From Haloferax volcanii DS2 (lineage in GTDB: Archaea > Halobacteriota > Halobacteria > Halobacteriales > Haloferacaceae), in the NCBI RefSeq assembly GCF_000025685.1, contig NC_013967.1, forward strand, positions 480,001 through 512,000: 32,000 nucleotides of DNA, given 5' to 3'. Position numbers and translations under genes: made by a program. Every line of letters begins with the position of its first letter. Within the stretch, counting starts at the first letter, position 1. This document shows positions 1 to 10,289 of the stretch, piece after piece. A model generated the notes under the pieces. It did no database searches. It saw only the letters and a program-made list of their open reading frames with translations, and had not been told where the DNA came from.

Positions 1-625
1 CGTCGCGCCCGAGGACGGTCGCCGCGTCGCGCTCGGCGGCGAAAAGCAGGTCGACCGAGTCGAGCAGGTCGCGGTAGACTTCGGCCGCCTCGTCGGGCGA
101 CCAGAGTTTCGTCCGGTAGTTCAGGTCGAAGGCGGTCGTCGTCCCGGCGTTCTGGGCCTCGTCGAGCACGTCGGCGGTGGTCTCGGAGAGCGTCTCGGAG
201 AGCGCGGGCGTGATGCCGCTCGTGAAACACACCTCGGCGTCGCGGACGGCGTCGAGGTCGAACTCGCCCGTCTCCAGCGTCGTCACGGCCGCGTCGGCGC
301 GGTCGTAGACGACGTTCGTCGGGCGCGGTGACGCCCCGTGTTCGAGGTAGTAGACGCCCTGTCGGGCGTCCGCGTCGTCGGTCCAGACGACGCCGTCGGT
401 GTCGACGCTGTGGCTCCGGAGTTCGCTGACGATTCGCCGGCCGAGCGGCGAGTCCGGGAGCTTCGAGAACCACGCGGCGTCCCGGCCGAGTCGGGCGGCG
501 GCGACGGCGACGTTCGACTCCGCGCCGCCCGCCTGCACTTCGAGTTCGCGGGCGGTTTCGAGTCGCTCGCCACGCGGCGGCGACAGCCGAAGCATCGTCT
601 CGCCGAAGGTCACGAGTGCTGTCAT
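1..625 (-). CDS. kdgK: PfkB-family sugar kinase, probable 2-keto-3-deoxygluconate kinase; N-terminal part only, gene continues past the left edge
   Basis: Absent from the ORF track because it is open at the window edge. My translation of the minus strand from the ATG at 625-623 gives [65 protein letters not shown]... The FGETMLRL and GGAESNVA motifs are typical of PfkB/KDG kinases. A TATA-like TTTATAT (647-653, minus sense) lies about 25 nt upstream. Confidence 0.75.
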
Positions 626-713
626 GGACGGCCGTTCGCAGGCGCGATATAAACGTCCGGCGTTGCCGACGAGGTTCGCGCCCGCGGTTGATTCGGTCGC
701 CCTTCCGGCCGGC

Positions 714-1016
714 TCACGCGGCCGTCAGCCGCCGGACGAGATAGATGAACGCGATGGGGATGCTCAAGAACGGAACCGCAATCAGGTAGTAGACGGGCGA
801 GGGAACCCAGTCGCTCTCGCGGGCGAGGTCCAGTCGGTCGGCGTGCAGCGCTAGCGGGCCGACGACCACGGCGGCCACGGTCCCGTAGAGCCGAATCGCC
901 TGTCCGGCCGCGTCGGCCCACGGGGGGACGCTCGGCCCCGTCGCCGCGGTGAAGAGATACGAGACGACGAGCACCAGCGGCCCGAAGCAGACGCCCAGAA
1001 CGACCAGCGGGTTCAT
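714..1016 (-). CDS. small integral membrane protein (about 100 aa, about 3 TM helices), function unknown
   Basis: ORF 714..1103. I prefer the internal ATG ([12 protein letters not shown]...) because the 29 upstream codons are hydrophilic filler. The frame shows strong GC3 bias. Hydrophobic segments are [34 protein letters not shown] and [20 protein letters not shown]. Confidence 0.55.
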
Positions 1017-1149
1017 CGCCTCCACCGTCTCGGTGCCCGGACTTGAATCCTCGCCGCGGCTATCGGTTCCAAGAATCGGGATCGGTGGCGAGACCAGCGT
1101 CACGAGACGGCCGACCCGACTCGACCCGCCCCAACGCGACCCGCTCGGA

Positions 1150-3357
1150 CTACTCCTCGCGTCGCCGCCCGCCGTGGCCGGGGTAGTCGCGCTCGAAGCG
1201 CGAGGCGATTTCGTCGCGGTCGAACTCGACGATGACCGGGCGGCCGTGGGGGCAGGCGTAGGGGTTCTCGCAGTCGTCGAGCGCCGCGAGCAGGTCGAGC
1301 ACGGAGCCCTCCCGCAGCGACGTGTTGCCCGTAATCGAGGGGTAACACGCGAGGTCCGACAGCAGTTCGTCGGCGACGGCGTCGACGGTCTTCCGGCCGC
1401 CGTCGACCTCCTCGCGGACGAACGCCGTCAGCGCGTCGCGGAGCAGTTCGGGGTCGAGCGCGGCGTCGAACACCGCCGGGACGGTGCGCACCGAGACGGT
1501 CCGCTCGCCGGTCCGCCCGGCGTGGAAGCCCACCTGCGCCAGCGCCTCGCGGTACTCCTCGAACAGCGCCGCCTCCCGCGCGGTGAGTTCGAGGTCGACC
1601 GGCTCGGCCAGCGCCTGCGTCGGCGTGTCGCCTTCGACCTCGCCTCTCAGGCGCTCGTAGTTCACGCGCTCGTCGGCGGCGTGCTGGTCGACGAGCACCA
1701 GTCCCTCGTCGGTCTCGGCGACGATGTAGGTGTCCGAGAGTTGGCCGATGATTCGCATCGACGGCAGCGAGTCGAACTCGGGTGAGAGGTCCGCCTCCTC
1801 GCCGGAGAGGTCGCGCTGGGTCGTCGGCGCGGCGATGCGCGAGGGAGGGCTTCGGGGCGCGTTGTCGTCCGCCCCCGAGTCGACCGACGACGCCTCGTCC
1901 GGTGTCGACCTCGATTCGCTCCCGTCGTCGGTCGAAAGCGACGACTGCTCGGTCGTCTCCGGCCCCGGCGCGAGGTCGTACTCGCGGGGCGGCGTCGGCG
2001 GCGCGGACGACGGCACCGAGGTCGGGCCGGACGACTCCGTAGTCTCGGCGGACGCACCGGAGTCGTCGCCGGCAGCGGGGTCGCCGGACCCGGCGCCCGA
2101 GTTTCGTTCAGTTGCAGGTGTGGTGTCCGTGTCGGCGTCGTCGGTCGCGGTCGAGTCCGCCCGAGCGCCCGATTCGCGGGCCTCCCGCGCCGACTGCACG
2201 TCCCGCGCGGACGGGGGGTCCGCGTCGTCGTCTGTTTCGCCGTCCGGCTCCGATTCCCGGACTTCGTGGGGGTCCAGTTGGGTCGCGTCGTCGCCCGACG
2301 AGCCGGGTTCGATGGCCGCTTCGTCGGCTTTCGACCGGCCTCGCGGGGCCGACGACCGGACGAGGCCGTGGCTTAACAGGGCGTCTTCGACCGCTTCGGT
2401 CACCTCGCGTTTGACGCCGGCCTCGTCGTCCCAGCGGACCTCCATCTTCCGCGGGTGGACGTTCACGTCCACGGCGTCGGGCGCGACCTCGACGAACAGC
2501 ACCGCGAAGGGGTAGCGGTCCGCGTCGAGTTGGCCGCCGTAGGCGTCGAGGACGGCCTCGCGGAGCACGCGGTCGGTGACGTAGCGGTCGTTGACGAACG
2601 TCGAGAGGTAGTCGCGGGTGCTCCGGGTCGTCTCGGGGTGGCTCACGAGCCCCGAGACGGAGACGCCGGGGGCGTCGTGGTCCACGGGGACCATCGACTC
2701 CGCGACCTCGCGGCCGTACACCGAGAGCACGGTCGACTGGAGGTCGCCGCGGCCCTCGGTGGCGAACACCTCGCGGTCGTCGTGTTCGAGCGAGACGGCC
2801 ACGTCCGGGTTGGCGAGGGCGTAGTGCGTGACGACCGCGTTGACGTGGTCGAACTCGGTCGCCGTCGTCTTGAGGAACTTCCGGCGGGCGGGCGTGTTGT
2901 AAAACAGGTCGTCGACCTCGACGACCGTCCCCTTGGGACAGCCGGCGGGTCGAATCGACTCGACCTCGCCGCCCTCGTACTGCAACTCGGTGCCCACGTC
3001 GCCGCCGCGGGGCTTCGACCGGATGGTCAGCCGCGACACCGCGCCGATGGTGTGGAGCGCCTCGCCGCGGAAGCCGAGGGTGCCGACGCCGGCTTCGAGG
3101 TCCTCGATGTCACCGATTTTGCTCGTCGTGTGCTCGCGGACGGCGAGTTCGAGGTCTTCCTCGCTCATGCCGACGCCGTCGTCGCGGATGCGGACGCCCT
3201 CAACCCCACCGGCGTCGACGGCCACGGAGATGCGCGTCGCGTCCGCGTCGAGGCTGTTTTCGAACAGCTCTTTGACGACCGAGGCCGGTCGCTCGACCAC
3301 CTCGCCGGCGGCGATGCGCTGGACGGTCTTCTCGTCGAGCTGTTTGATGTCGCTCAT
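1150..3357 (-). CDS. mutL: DNA mismatch repair protein MutL (735 aa)
   Basis: GHKL ATPase motifs are present: ERPASVVKELFENSLDA, DDGVGM and TLGFRGEAL. The C-terminal endonuclease motif DQHAADERVNYE and CPHGRP are also present. The start overlaps the mutS stop (ATGA at 3354-3357). Confidence 0.97.
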   Translation of the reverse strand: MSDIKQLDEKTVQRIAAGEVVERPASVVKELFENSLDADATRISVAVDAGGVEGVRIRDDGVGMSEEDLELAVREHTTSKIGDIEDLEAGVGTLGFRGEALHTIGAVSRLTIRSKPRGGDVGTELQYEGGEVESIRPAGCPKGTVVEVDDLFYNTPARRKFLKTTATEFDHVNAVVTHYALANPDVAVSLEHDDREVFATEGRGDLQSTVLSVYGREVAESMVPVDHDAPGVSVSGLVSHPETTRSTRDYLSTFVNDRYVTDRVLREAVLDAYGGQLDADRYPFAVLFVEVAPDAVDVNVHPRKMEVRWDDEAGVKREVTEAVEDALLSHGLVRSSAPRGRSKADEAAIEPGSSGDDATQLDPHEVRESEPDGETDDDADPPSARDVQSAREARESGARADSTATDDADTDTTPATERNSGAGSGDPAAGDDSGASAETTESSGPTSVPSSAPPTPPREYDLAPGPETTEQSSLSTDDGSESRSTPDEASSVDSGADDNAPRSPPSRIAAPTTQRDLSGEEADLSPEFDSLPSMRIIGQLSDTYIVAETDEGLVLVDQHAADERVNYERLRGEVEGDTPTQALAEPVDLELTAREAALFEEYREALAQVGFHAGRTGERTVSVRTVPAVFDAALDPELLRDALTAFVREEVDGGRKTVDAVADELLSDLACYPSITGNTSLREGSVLDLLAALDDCENPYACPHGRPVIVEFDRDEIASRFERDYPGHGGRRREE

Positions 3358-6128
3358 TCGCCGTCACCGCCGTCGAGTTTCGACTGCCACGCCTGCACCT
3401 TCGCCATCAGGTCCAGCGGCGACGTGTCGTTCACGTCGGTCGATTGCAGTTCGTCGAGGACGGCTTCCGTCTCCGGGTCCAGCGCGGCCTCGGCCTCGGA
3501 GTCGGACCCGGTCCCGGCGCGGTCCGCTTCAGCACTCCCTTCGACGGCCGCGGCCGCGTCCACCGAGCCGTTGCCGGCCGCACCCGTTCCAGTCGCGCCG
3601 TTCGCGGGCGCGCCGGAGCCAGCCGAATCGTCGCCGTCGCCGCCAGAGTCGCCGGCTTCGGCAACCTTCATCTGGCCGCTCCCCACGTCGAAGACGGCCT
3701 GCACGGGCTCCGAGGTGCCGGAGCCCTTCGCCTCGATTGCCTTCTCCTCGCGGAGTCGGTCCAGCACGTCGCCGGCGCGGTCGACCACCGGGCGCGGAAC
3801 CCCCGCCAAATCTGCGACGTGAATCCCGTAGCTCCGGTCGGTCGGGCCGTCGACGACGGTTCTGAGGAACGTCACGTCGCCGTCGCGCTCGTCGGCCGCG
3901 ACGTGGACGTTGGCGACGCGGTCGAGGTGGTCCGCGAGGCTCGTCAGTTCGTGGTAGTGCGTGGCGAACAGCGTCTTCGCGCGCACCTCGTTGTGGAGGT
4001 ACTCGGTGGCCGCCCACGCGATGGAGATGCCGTCGTAGGTCGCGGTTCCGCGGCCCACCTCGTCGAGGATGACGAGCGAGTCCTCGGTGGCCGAGTGGAG
4101 GATGTTCGAGAGCTCTTGCATCTCGACCATGAACGTCGAGCGGCCCTGCGCGAGTTCGTCCAGCGCGCCGACGCGGGTGTAGATGCCGTCGACGACGCCG
4201 ACGGTCGCGGAGCGAGCGGGCACGAAACTGCCGACCTGCGCGAGGAGCGTGATGAGCGCCGCCTGCCGCATGTACGTCGATTTGCCGGACATGTTCGGTC
4301 CGGTGACGATGAGGAAGCCGCGCTCGTCGTCCATGCGGAGGTCGTTCGGGACGAAGTCGGTCGTCGTCTCCACGACCGGGTGGCGACCGGCCTCGATGTC
4401 GAGCGCTCCGGCCTCGGTGAGTTCGGGGCGCGTCCACCCGTTGCCGGCGGCGTGGGTGGCGAGCGACGCCAGCGCGTCCACCTCGGCGATGGTCCGGCCC
4501 ACGTCTTGGAGGAGTTCGGCGTGCCGGGCCACGCGCTCGCGGAGGTCCTCGAACAGTTCGTATTCGAGGTCGCCGCGGGCCTCTTCGAGCCGGAGAATCT
4601 CGCGTTCTTTCTCCTCTAACTCCTCGGTGACGAAGCGTTTGGAGTTCTTGAGCGTCTTTATCTGCCGGTAGTGGTCCGGCACTTGGTCCGCGACCGACTT
4701 GCCGACCTGGATGTAGTAGCCGTCGGTCTTGTTGCGGTCGACGGTGACGTGCGAGAGGCCGTGGTCCCGCTTTTCGCGGTCAGCGAGCGTGTCGAGCCAC
4801 GACTTTGCCGACTCGTGGCGCTCGATGAGGTCGTCGAGTTCGTCGTCGTAGCCCGTCTGGAACAGGCCGCCTTGCGTGACCGTCTTCGGCGGGTCCTCGG
4901 CGAGCGCGTCGGCGAGGTCCGTCCGGAGGTCGGCCGCGGCGTCTCGGTCGGGCCGCGAGACGACTTCCGCGAGCGGGGAGTCCGCGAGTTCGGTCCCCTC
5001 GATGGCGTCGGCGAGGGCGGGAAGCACCGAGAGCGTGTCGCGGACCGAAAGCAGCTCTGACGCGCCGGCGCTCCCGGACGCCGACCGGGAGGCGAGGCGT
5101 TCGAGGTCGTACGCCCCGTCGAGCACCTCGCGGACGCGCTCGCGGGCGAGGGCGGCCGACGCGAGCGACTCCACGGCGTCGTGTCGGCGGGCGAGTTCGT
5201 CGCGGTCGCGTCGCGGTCGAGTCAGCCACTCGCGGAGGAGGCGGCCGCCGGGCGAGGTGACGGTGTGGTCTATCGTGTCGAACAGCGACCCCGAGCGGTC
5301 GCCGTGCATCGTCTCCGTGAGTTCGAGATTGCGCTGGGTGGTCGCGTCGAGTTCGAGCAGGTCCGACGGGTGGTAGACTTGGAGGCGCGTCATCGACCGG
5401 AGGACGCCCGCGCCCGTCTCCTCGACGTAGGCGAGGACGCCGCCGGCGGCGCGGGTCGCGAGGTCGGAGTCGAGGCCGACGCTATCGACCGTTGACGCGC
5501 CGAACTGCTCGCGGACGGCGTGGCGGGCGCGACCCGGCGCGAACGCCTCGGTGGCGAAAAGCGAGAAGGAGGCGTCGGTGGCCTCGCGCAGCCGCGAGAG
5601 CGTCTCGTCGTCGCTCCGCAGTTCCGGGCCGGGGAGGACCTCGACGGGGGCGAAGCGGTAGAGTTCGGCCGCGGCGTCGTCGACGGTCGCGGCCTCGGTG
5701 ACGAGGAACTGGCCGGTCGTGATGTCGGAGAACGCGAGGCCGACACCGTCGCCGTCGGTCACGACGGCCGCGAGGAACTGCGCGTCGGCGCGGGAGGTTT
5801 CGAGGAGCGTGCCCGGCGTGACGACGCGCTTTACCTCCCGGCGGAGGTCGCCGGACTCGGTTTCGTACTGGTCGGCGACGGCGACCCGGTAGCCGCGCTC
5901 GACGAGCGCCTTGAGGTAGGGCGTCAGGTCGTTCAGCGGCACGCCCGCCATCGGGTACGACGACCCGTGCGAGGACTTCTGGGAGACTTTGAGGTCGAGT
6001 TCGCGGCCGACCGTCTCGGCGTCGTCGGCGAAGAACTCGTAGAAGTCGCCGCACTGCATGGCGAGCAGGTCGGCGTCGGTCTCCTCTTTCAACGAGAGGA
6101 ACTGTCCGACGATTCCCTGAGTAGTCAT
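3354..6128 (-). CDS. mutS: DNA mismatch repair protein MutS (924 aa, bacterial MutS1 type)
   Basis: The mismatch-binding motif GDFYEFF, Walker A GPNMSGKST, DEVGRGT and FATHYHEL are present. A TATA-like TTTTATC (6152-6158, minus sense) is centred 27 nt upstream of the ATG. Confidence 0.97.
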   Translation of the reverse strand: MTTQGIVGQFLSLKEETDADLLAMQCGDFYEFFADDAETVGRELDLKVSQKSSHGSSYPMAGVPLNDLTPYLKALVERGYRVAVADQYETESGDLRREVKRVVTPGTLLETSRADAQFLAAVVTDGDGVGLAFSDITTGQFLVTEAATVDDAAAELYRFAPVEVLPGPELRSDDETLSRLREATDASFSLFATEAFAPGRARHAVREQFGASTVDSVGLDSDLATRAAGGVLAYVEETGAGVLRSMTRLQVYHPSDLLELDATTQRNLELTETMHGDRSGSLFDTIDHTVTSPGGRLLREWLTRPRRDRDELARRHDAVESLASAALARERVREVLDGAYDLERLASRSASGSAGASELLSVRDTLSVLPALADAIEGTELADSPLAEVVSRPDRDAAADLRTDLADALAEDPPKTVTQGGLFQTGYDDELDDLIERHESAKSWLDTLADREKRDHGLSHVTVDRNKTDGYYIQVGKSVADQVPDHYRQIKTLKNSKRFVTEELEEKEREILRLEEARGDLEYELFEDLRERVARHAELLQDVGRTIAEVDALASLATHAAGNGWTRPELTEAGALDIEAGRHPVVETTTDFVPNDLRMDDERGFLIVTGPNMSGKSTYMRQAALITLLAQVGSFVPARSATVGVVDGIYTRVGALDELAQGRSTFMVEMQELSNILHSATEDSLVILDEVGRGTATYDGISIAWAATEYLHNEVRAKTLFATHYHELTSLADHLDRVANVHVAADERDGDVTFLRTVVDGPTDRSYGIHVADLAGVPRPVVDRAGDVLDRLREEKAIEAKGSGTSEPVQAVFDVGSGQMKVAEAGDSGGDGDDSAGSGAPANGATGTGAAGNGSVDAAAAVEGSAEADRAGTGSDSEAEAALDPETEAVLDELQSTDVNDTSPLDLMAKVQAWQSKLDGGDGE

Positions 6129-6151
6129 GTCCGCACGTGGGCGGGCCGGCG

Positions 6152-6158
6152 GATAAAA
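6152..6158 (-). promoter_or_regulatory. TATA-like box for mutS-mutL (leaderless spacing)
   Basis: TTTTATC on the minus strand, centred 27 nt upstream of the mutS ATG at 6128. Confidence 0.45.
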
Positions 6159-6317
6159 CGCTACGATGCCCCGGCCGACGGGGTCGCCGCCGCCTCGACT
6201 CGCGGCGGCCCGACGCGGCGACGCCTCGATGTGGCGTGTGATACCACGTTCCTACTTCGCGTCTAATGTTGGACGATTCTTCCAAAAATACAGCGTCTGA
6301 TAATCGGCGGCCCAAAA

Positions 6318-6324
6318 TTATATA
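6318..6324 (+). promoter_or_regulatory. TATA box for the basB-basT operon
   Basis: TTATATA sits in an AT-rich patch, centred 26 nt upstream of the in-frame GTG at 6347. Confidence 0.5.
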
Positions 6325-6346
6325 CGGGAGTTGTCTCGGGAAATCT

Positions 6347-7591
6347 GTGACAGTCAGGTACGATAGACGAACGTTTCTCCGCACGGCCGCCGGCGCGGTG
6401 GGGCTCGGCTCGCTGTCCGGGTGCGTGGGAACGTTCGGAACGGAGTCCGGGGAGCCCGTTCGATTCGGGGCGATGTTGCCCGTCAGCGGGTCGCTGGAGC
6501 AGGTGGGAACGCACGGCAAGCGCGCCGCCGAGCAGGCGGTCGAGGACATCAACGGGGCGGGCGGCGTGCTCGGCCGGCCGGTCGAACTGACCACCGTGGA
6601 CACGGAGGGGTCCGCGTCGGTCGCGACCGACGGCTACGCCTCGCTGGCCGACGCGGGCGTCGTCGGCTTCGTCGGCGGCCTCGTCAGCGACGTGTCGCTC
6701 GCGCTCGCTCCGAAGGCGGCCGACGACGCCGTCATGGAGATGTCCCCGGCGAGCACGAACCCGCGGCTCTCGGACGCCGGGCGGGCCGACGGCCGGAAGT
6801 TCTTCGGCCGGACCGTCCCGAGCGACAGCCTCCAGGCGACCGCGATGGCGAAGATTCTCGACGCGCCGCAGTACGCCGACGCCGACCGGGTCGCCCTCCT
6901 CACCGTCGACGGGGCCTTCGGCTCCGACCTCGGCACCGCGCTCGGCGACCAACTCGACGCGGAAGTCGTCACCGAGGTCAGCTACGACCCGAGCGCGGAG
7001 GCCTTCGGCGGCGTCATAGACGAGGTGTTCGCTGACTCGCCCGACGCGGTCGGCTTCGTCAGCGTCCCCGGACAGGAACGGGGCGTCCTCGACGCCTACG
7101 GCGCGTCCGACCACGAGGCCCCGTGGGTCTTCTCGGCGGGCCTGTTCGACGGCGAGATTCCGCCCTACTACGAGGGGTTTTACAGCGCCTCGCTGTCGTC
7201 GGTTCGGACCGACGGCTACTTCCATCTCACCCAGCGGCTCTCCGACATCGCGCCGCTCCAGCCCTACGCGGCGAACGCCTACGACGCCCTGTTCCTCATG
7301 GCGACGGCGGCGGAGTACGCCGGTGAGGCGTCGGGTCCGGCCATCGCCGACGCTCTCCAGACCGTCTCGGGCGGGACCGGCCACACCGTCTCCGTCGGCG
7401 AGTTCGACCGGGTTCGGACCCTCGTCGACGCCGGCCGCGAACTGAACTATCAGGGCGCGTCGAGCGGGGTCGACCTCACGGAGGCGCTCGAACCGCTGAG
7501 TTCGTACCTCGTCGAGCGCGTCCGCAACGGCTCGGTCGAGCAGGTCGAACTCCTCCAGCGCCAGTTCTTCGAGTCCGGAGGCGGACGATGA
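6347..7591 (+). CDS. basB: Leu/Ile/Val-type periplasmic binding lipoprotein, BasB-like chemotaxis ligand-binding protein
   Basis: A Tat/lipobox signal ([21 protein letters not shown]) is followed by type-I binding-protein sequence ([44 protein letters not shown]...). The track start at 6266 lies upstream of the TATA box, so I prefer the GTG at 6347. The stop overlaps the next gene's start (ATGA at 7588-7591). The symbol is by analogy with Halobacterium salinarum BasB. Confidence 0.85.
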   Translation: MTVRYDRRTFLRTAAGAVGLGSLSGCVGTFGTESGEPVRFGAMLPVSGSLEQVGTHGKRAAEQAVEDINGAGGVLGRPVELTTVDTEGSASVATDGYASLADAGVVGFVGGLVSDVSLALAPKAADDAVMEMSPASTNPRLSDAGRADGRKFFGRTVPSDSLQATAMAKILDAPQYADADRVALLTVDGAFGSDLGTALGDQLDAEVVTEVSYDPSAEAFGGVIDEVFADSPDAVGFVSVPGQERGVLDAYGASDHEAPWVFSAGLFDGEIPPYYEGFYSASLSSVRTDGYFHLTQRLSDIAPLQPYAANAYDALFLMATAAEYAGEASGPAIADALQTVSGGTGHTVSVGEFDRVRTLVDAGRELNYQGASSGVDLTEALEPLSSYLVERVRNGSVEQVELLQRQFFESGGGR

Positions 7592-10083
7592 ATCCGTTTT
7601 CGCGGCTGACGAGCCTGCTCGAACGGGCGCTTCCGAACGTGATTCGCCGGCGCTACGCGGCGAAGTTCGGCGTCGTGCTCCTCCTCATCGCGGTCGTCAT
7701 GGGCGGCGCGGGCGCGTACATCCACTTCGACACGAAGTCGGTCGTCGAGTCGCAGACCGAATCGCAGATTCGCGGCGCGGCGGCGACGGGGGCCAAGTCG
7801 GTCTCCGACTGGGTGACCTCGAAGGAGTCGACCGTCTCGTTCCTCGCTGAATCGCTCGCCGACCAGCCGGCGGGCACCTCGGCGGCCGACCACCAGCGGT
7901 GGCTCGAAGGGAAGCTCATCCAGCTCTCCGGCGACGTTCGCTCGCTCCACTACGTCGACGCCGACACCGGCGCGGTCGTCGCCAGCACGACCGACAGCGC
8001 GACCGGGCAGTCGCTCGACTCGCTGTCCGCGCCGTGGACCGACGACGCCTCGGCGCTGGCGTCGAGCCGGTCCGTGACCGTCTCCGCGCCCTACGAATCC
8101 GGCGGCGAGCCGGTCGTCGCGTTCGTCGCGCCCGTCTCCGGAGCCAACGGCGCGGTCGTCCTGACGGCGTCGCTCGAAGCCGGCTCCCACCAGTTCGAGT
8201 CGCCCTACGCGACCGGTGACACCAAGGTCGTCACCGAGTCCGGGACCATCCTGTTCGACAACCGCAAGGCGTCCATCCTCGACGAGTACGCGGCCGCCGA
8301 CGGCTCGTCAATCGAGGCCATCGACGCCGCGATGTCGGGGCAGACCGGCTACGAGGTCGTCTCCGCCCGCACGGGCATGGAGCCCGGCGAGTACGCGATG
8401 GCGTACGCGCCCATCACCGGCACCGACTGGGTGGTCACCTACCACGTCCCGGCCGAGCGGGCGTTCGCGCTCCAGTCGCACGTGACGACGAACGTGATGT
8501 TCCTCGTCGCGTTCGCCGTCGGCGCGCTGTTCCTCGTCGGGGCGACCATCGGTCGCGGCACCGCGCGGTCCCTCTCGGTCGTCGCCCGCAACGCAGACGA
8601 CATCGCCAACGGCGAGGTCGACGGCGACCTCCCGAACACCGCCCGCATCGACGAGATGGGCCGGCTGTACGACTCCTTCGAGTCGATGCAGGCGTACCTG
8701 ACGACCGTCGCCGGGCAGGCCGAGGCGCTCGCGGACAAGCGCTTCGACGACCCCGTCCTCGACGAGGACATTCCGGGGTCGTTCGGCGAGTCGATGGGAC
8801 AGACGCACACGGAACTCGAAGCCCTCATCACCGAACTCGAAGCGACGGCCGCCGAGTTCAGCGAGACGATGGCGGACGCCGCCGACGGCGACCTCACGCG
8901 CCGGATGTCCGAGGACGCCGACAACGACGCGATGAACGAGATGGCGCGGTCGTTCAACGACATGGCCGACGAACTCGAAGCGACCGTCGCGGAGGTCGTC
9001 GGGTTCGCCGAGACCGTCGCCGCGGCCAGCCAGGAAGTCACCGCGAGTTCTCAGGAGATAGAGCGCGCGAGCCGGCAGGTCAGCGAGTCCACGCAGGTCA
9101 TGGCCGAGGGCGCGCACGAACAGCGCGAGAACCTCCGGCAGACGACGAGCGAGACGAGCAACCTCTCTGCGACCATCGAGGAGGTCGCCTCCTCGGCGAG
9201 CGAACTCGAACGCACGGCTCAACACACCCTCGAAGCGAGCGAGGACGGCCACGAGGCGGCCGCCAACGCCATCGACACCATCGAGACCGTCGAAACCCAG
9301 ACCAGCCGGACGGTCGACCGCATCGAGGACCTCGAAGGCGACATGGCCGAAATCGGTGACATCGTCGAACTCATCACCGACATCGCCGAACAGACGAACA
9401 TCCTCGCGCTCAACGCGAACATCGAGGCCGCCCGCGCGGGCGAGGCCGGCGAGGGCTTCTCCGTCGTCGCCAACGAGGTCAAGGAGCTCGCCGGCGAGAC
9501 TAAGTCCTCCGCCGAGGAAATCGAGGCGACCATCGAGGAGGTCCAAGCGAAGTCCGCGGCGTCCGTCTCCGAGATGCGCGAGACGCGTGACGCCGTCGAT
9601 TCCGGCGTCGACGCGGTCCAGACCGCCCGCGACTCGCTCGACACCATCGTCGAGAACGTCCGCGAGACGACCGACGGCGTCGACGAAATCAGCCGGACCA
9701 CCGACGAGCAGGCCGCCTCGACCGAGGAGGTCGCGTCGATGATGGACCGCGTCTCGGATATCAGTGACGAGACCGCCGAGCGAGCCGAATCGGTCGCGGC
9801 CGCGGCCGAGGAACAGACCGCCTCGCTCAGCGAGGTTTCCGACGGCGCGGACCGCCTCGCCACACAGTCCGAGCGGCTGATGTCGCTCGTCTCCGAGTTC
9901 ACCGTCGACCACGACGCCGCGGACCGCGACGGTGCGCGCACCGGCGCTGACACCACTCCGTCCGCCGAACTCGACGCGCCGACGACCGACGGCGGCTTCG
10001 ACGGCGACGGACCCGATGACGATGGCATCGACGACGACGGCCCCGACCGCTCTGCCGACGACCGTTCCGACCGACTCGACTGA
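7588..10083 (+). CDS. basT: membrane-bound methyl-accepting chemotaxis transducer (831 aa), BasT-like
   Basis: Two TM segments ([19 protein letters not shown] and [19 protein letters not shown]) flank an extracellular domain of about 270 aa. HAMP regions follow, then the conserved signalling hairpin [32 protein letters not shown]. The gene is translationally coupled to the binding-protein gene. Confidence 0.95.
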   Translation: MNPFSRLTSLLERALPNVIRRRYAAKFGVVLLLIAVVMGGAGAYIHFDTKSVVESQTESQIRGAAATGAKSVSDWVTSKESTVSFLAESLADQPAGTSAADHQRWLEGKLIQLSGDVRSLHYVDADTGAVVASTTDSATGQSLDSLSAPWTDDASALASSRSVTVSAPYESGGEPVVAFVAPVSGANGAVVLTASLEAGSHQFESPYATGDTKVVTESGTILFDNRKASILDEYAAADGSSIEAIDAAMSGQTGYEVVSARTGMEPGEYAMAYAPITGTDWVVTYHVPAERAFALQSHVTTNVMFLVAFAVGALFLVGATIGRGTARSLSVVARNADDIANGEVDGDLPNTARIDEMGRLYDSFESMQAYLTTVAGQAEALADKRFDDPVLDEDIPGSFGESMGQTHTELEALITELEATAAEFSETMADAADGDLTRRMSEDADNDAMNEMARSFNDMADELEATVAEVVGFAETVAAASQEVTASSQEIERASRQVSESTQVMAEGAHEQRENLRQTTSETSNLSATIEEVASSASELERTAQHTLEASEDGHEAAANAIDTIETVETQTSRTVDRIEDLEGDMAEIGDIVELITDIAEQTNILALNANIEAARAGEAGEGFSVVANEVKELAGETKSSAEEIEATIEEVQAKSAASVSEMRETRDAVDSGVDAVQTARDSLDTIVENVRETTDGVDEISRTTDEQAASTEEVASMMDRVSDISDETAERAESVAAAAEEQTASLSEVSDGADRLATQSERLMSLVSEFTVDHDAADRDGARTGADTTPSAELDAPTTDGGFDGDGPDDDGIDDDGPDRSADDRSDRLD
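9403..9471 (+). repeat. 69-nt block identical to 11349-11417 (transducer signalling-tip coding sequence)
   Basis: In my hand alignment, ctcgcgctcaacgcgaacatcgaggccgcccgcgcgggcgaggccggcgagggcttctccgtcgtcgcc is identical in both transducer genes. Confidence 0.9.
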
Positions 10084-10164
10084 CGCCGCGACCCGCCGCC
10101 GAAGCGCGGCCTCGCGGCCGTCCGAACCGTCGGTTCCCGATTCGGCCCTCCCGCGCGACCACCG

Positions 10165-10169
10165 TTTTT
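10165..10169 (+). terminator. oligo-T tract downstream of basT
   Basis: A T5 run lies about 80 nt after the stop at 10083. A CAGCCG-gttgt-CGGCTG hairpin follows at about 10190-10206 and is itself followed by gtttt. Confidence 0.35.
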
Positions 10170-10258
10170 CTCGACTGTTTCGCGTCCCGCAGCCGGTTGT
10201 CGGCTGTGACCGTTTTCGTACCACCTCAGTCTCACAGTTGATAATCCGGAGCGTAGCG

Positions 10259-10263
10259 TTATA
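10259..10263 (+). promoter_or_regulatory. TATA-like box for the PAS transducer gene
   Basis: TTATA is centred about 29 nt upstream of the ATG at 10290. Confidence 0.35.
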
Positions 10264-10289
10264 CCGGCAATCTGCGTGGGGGGAGACAT

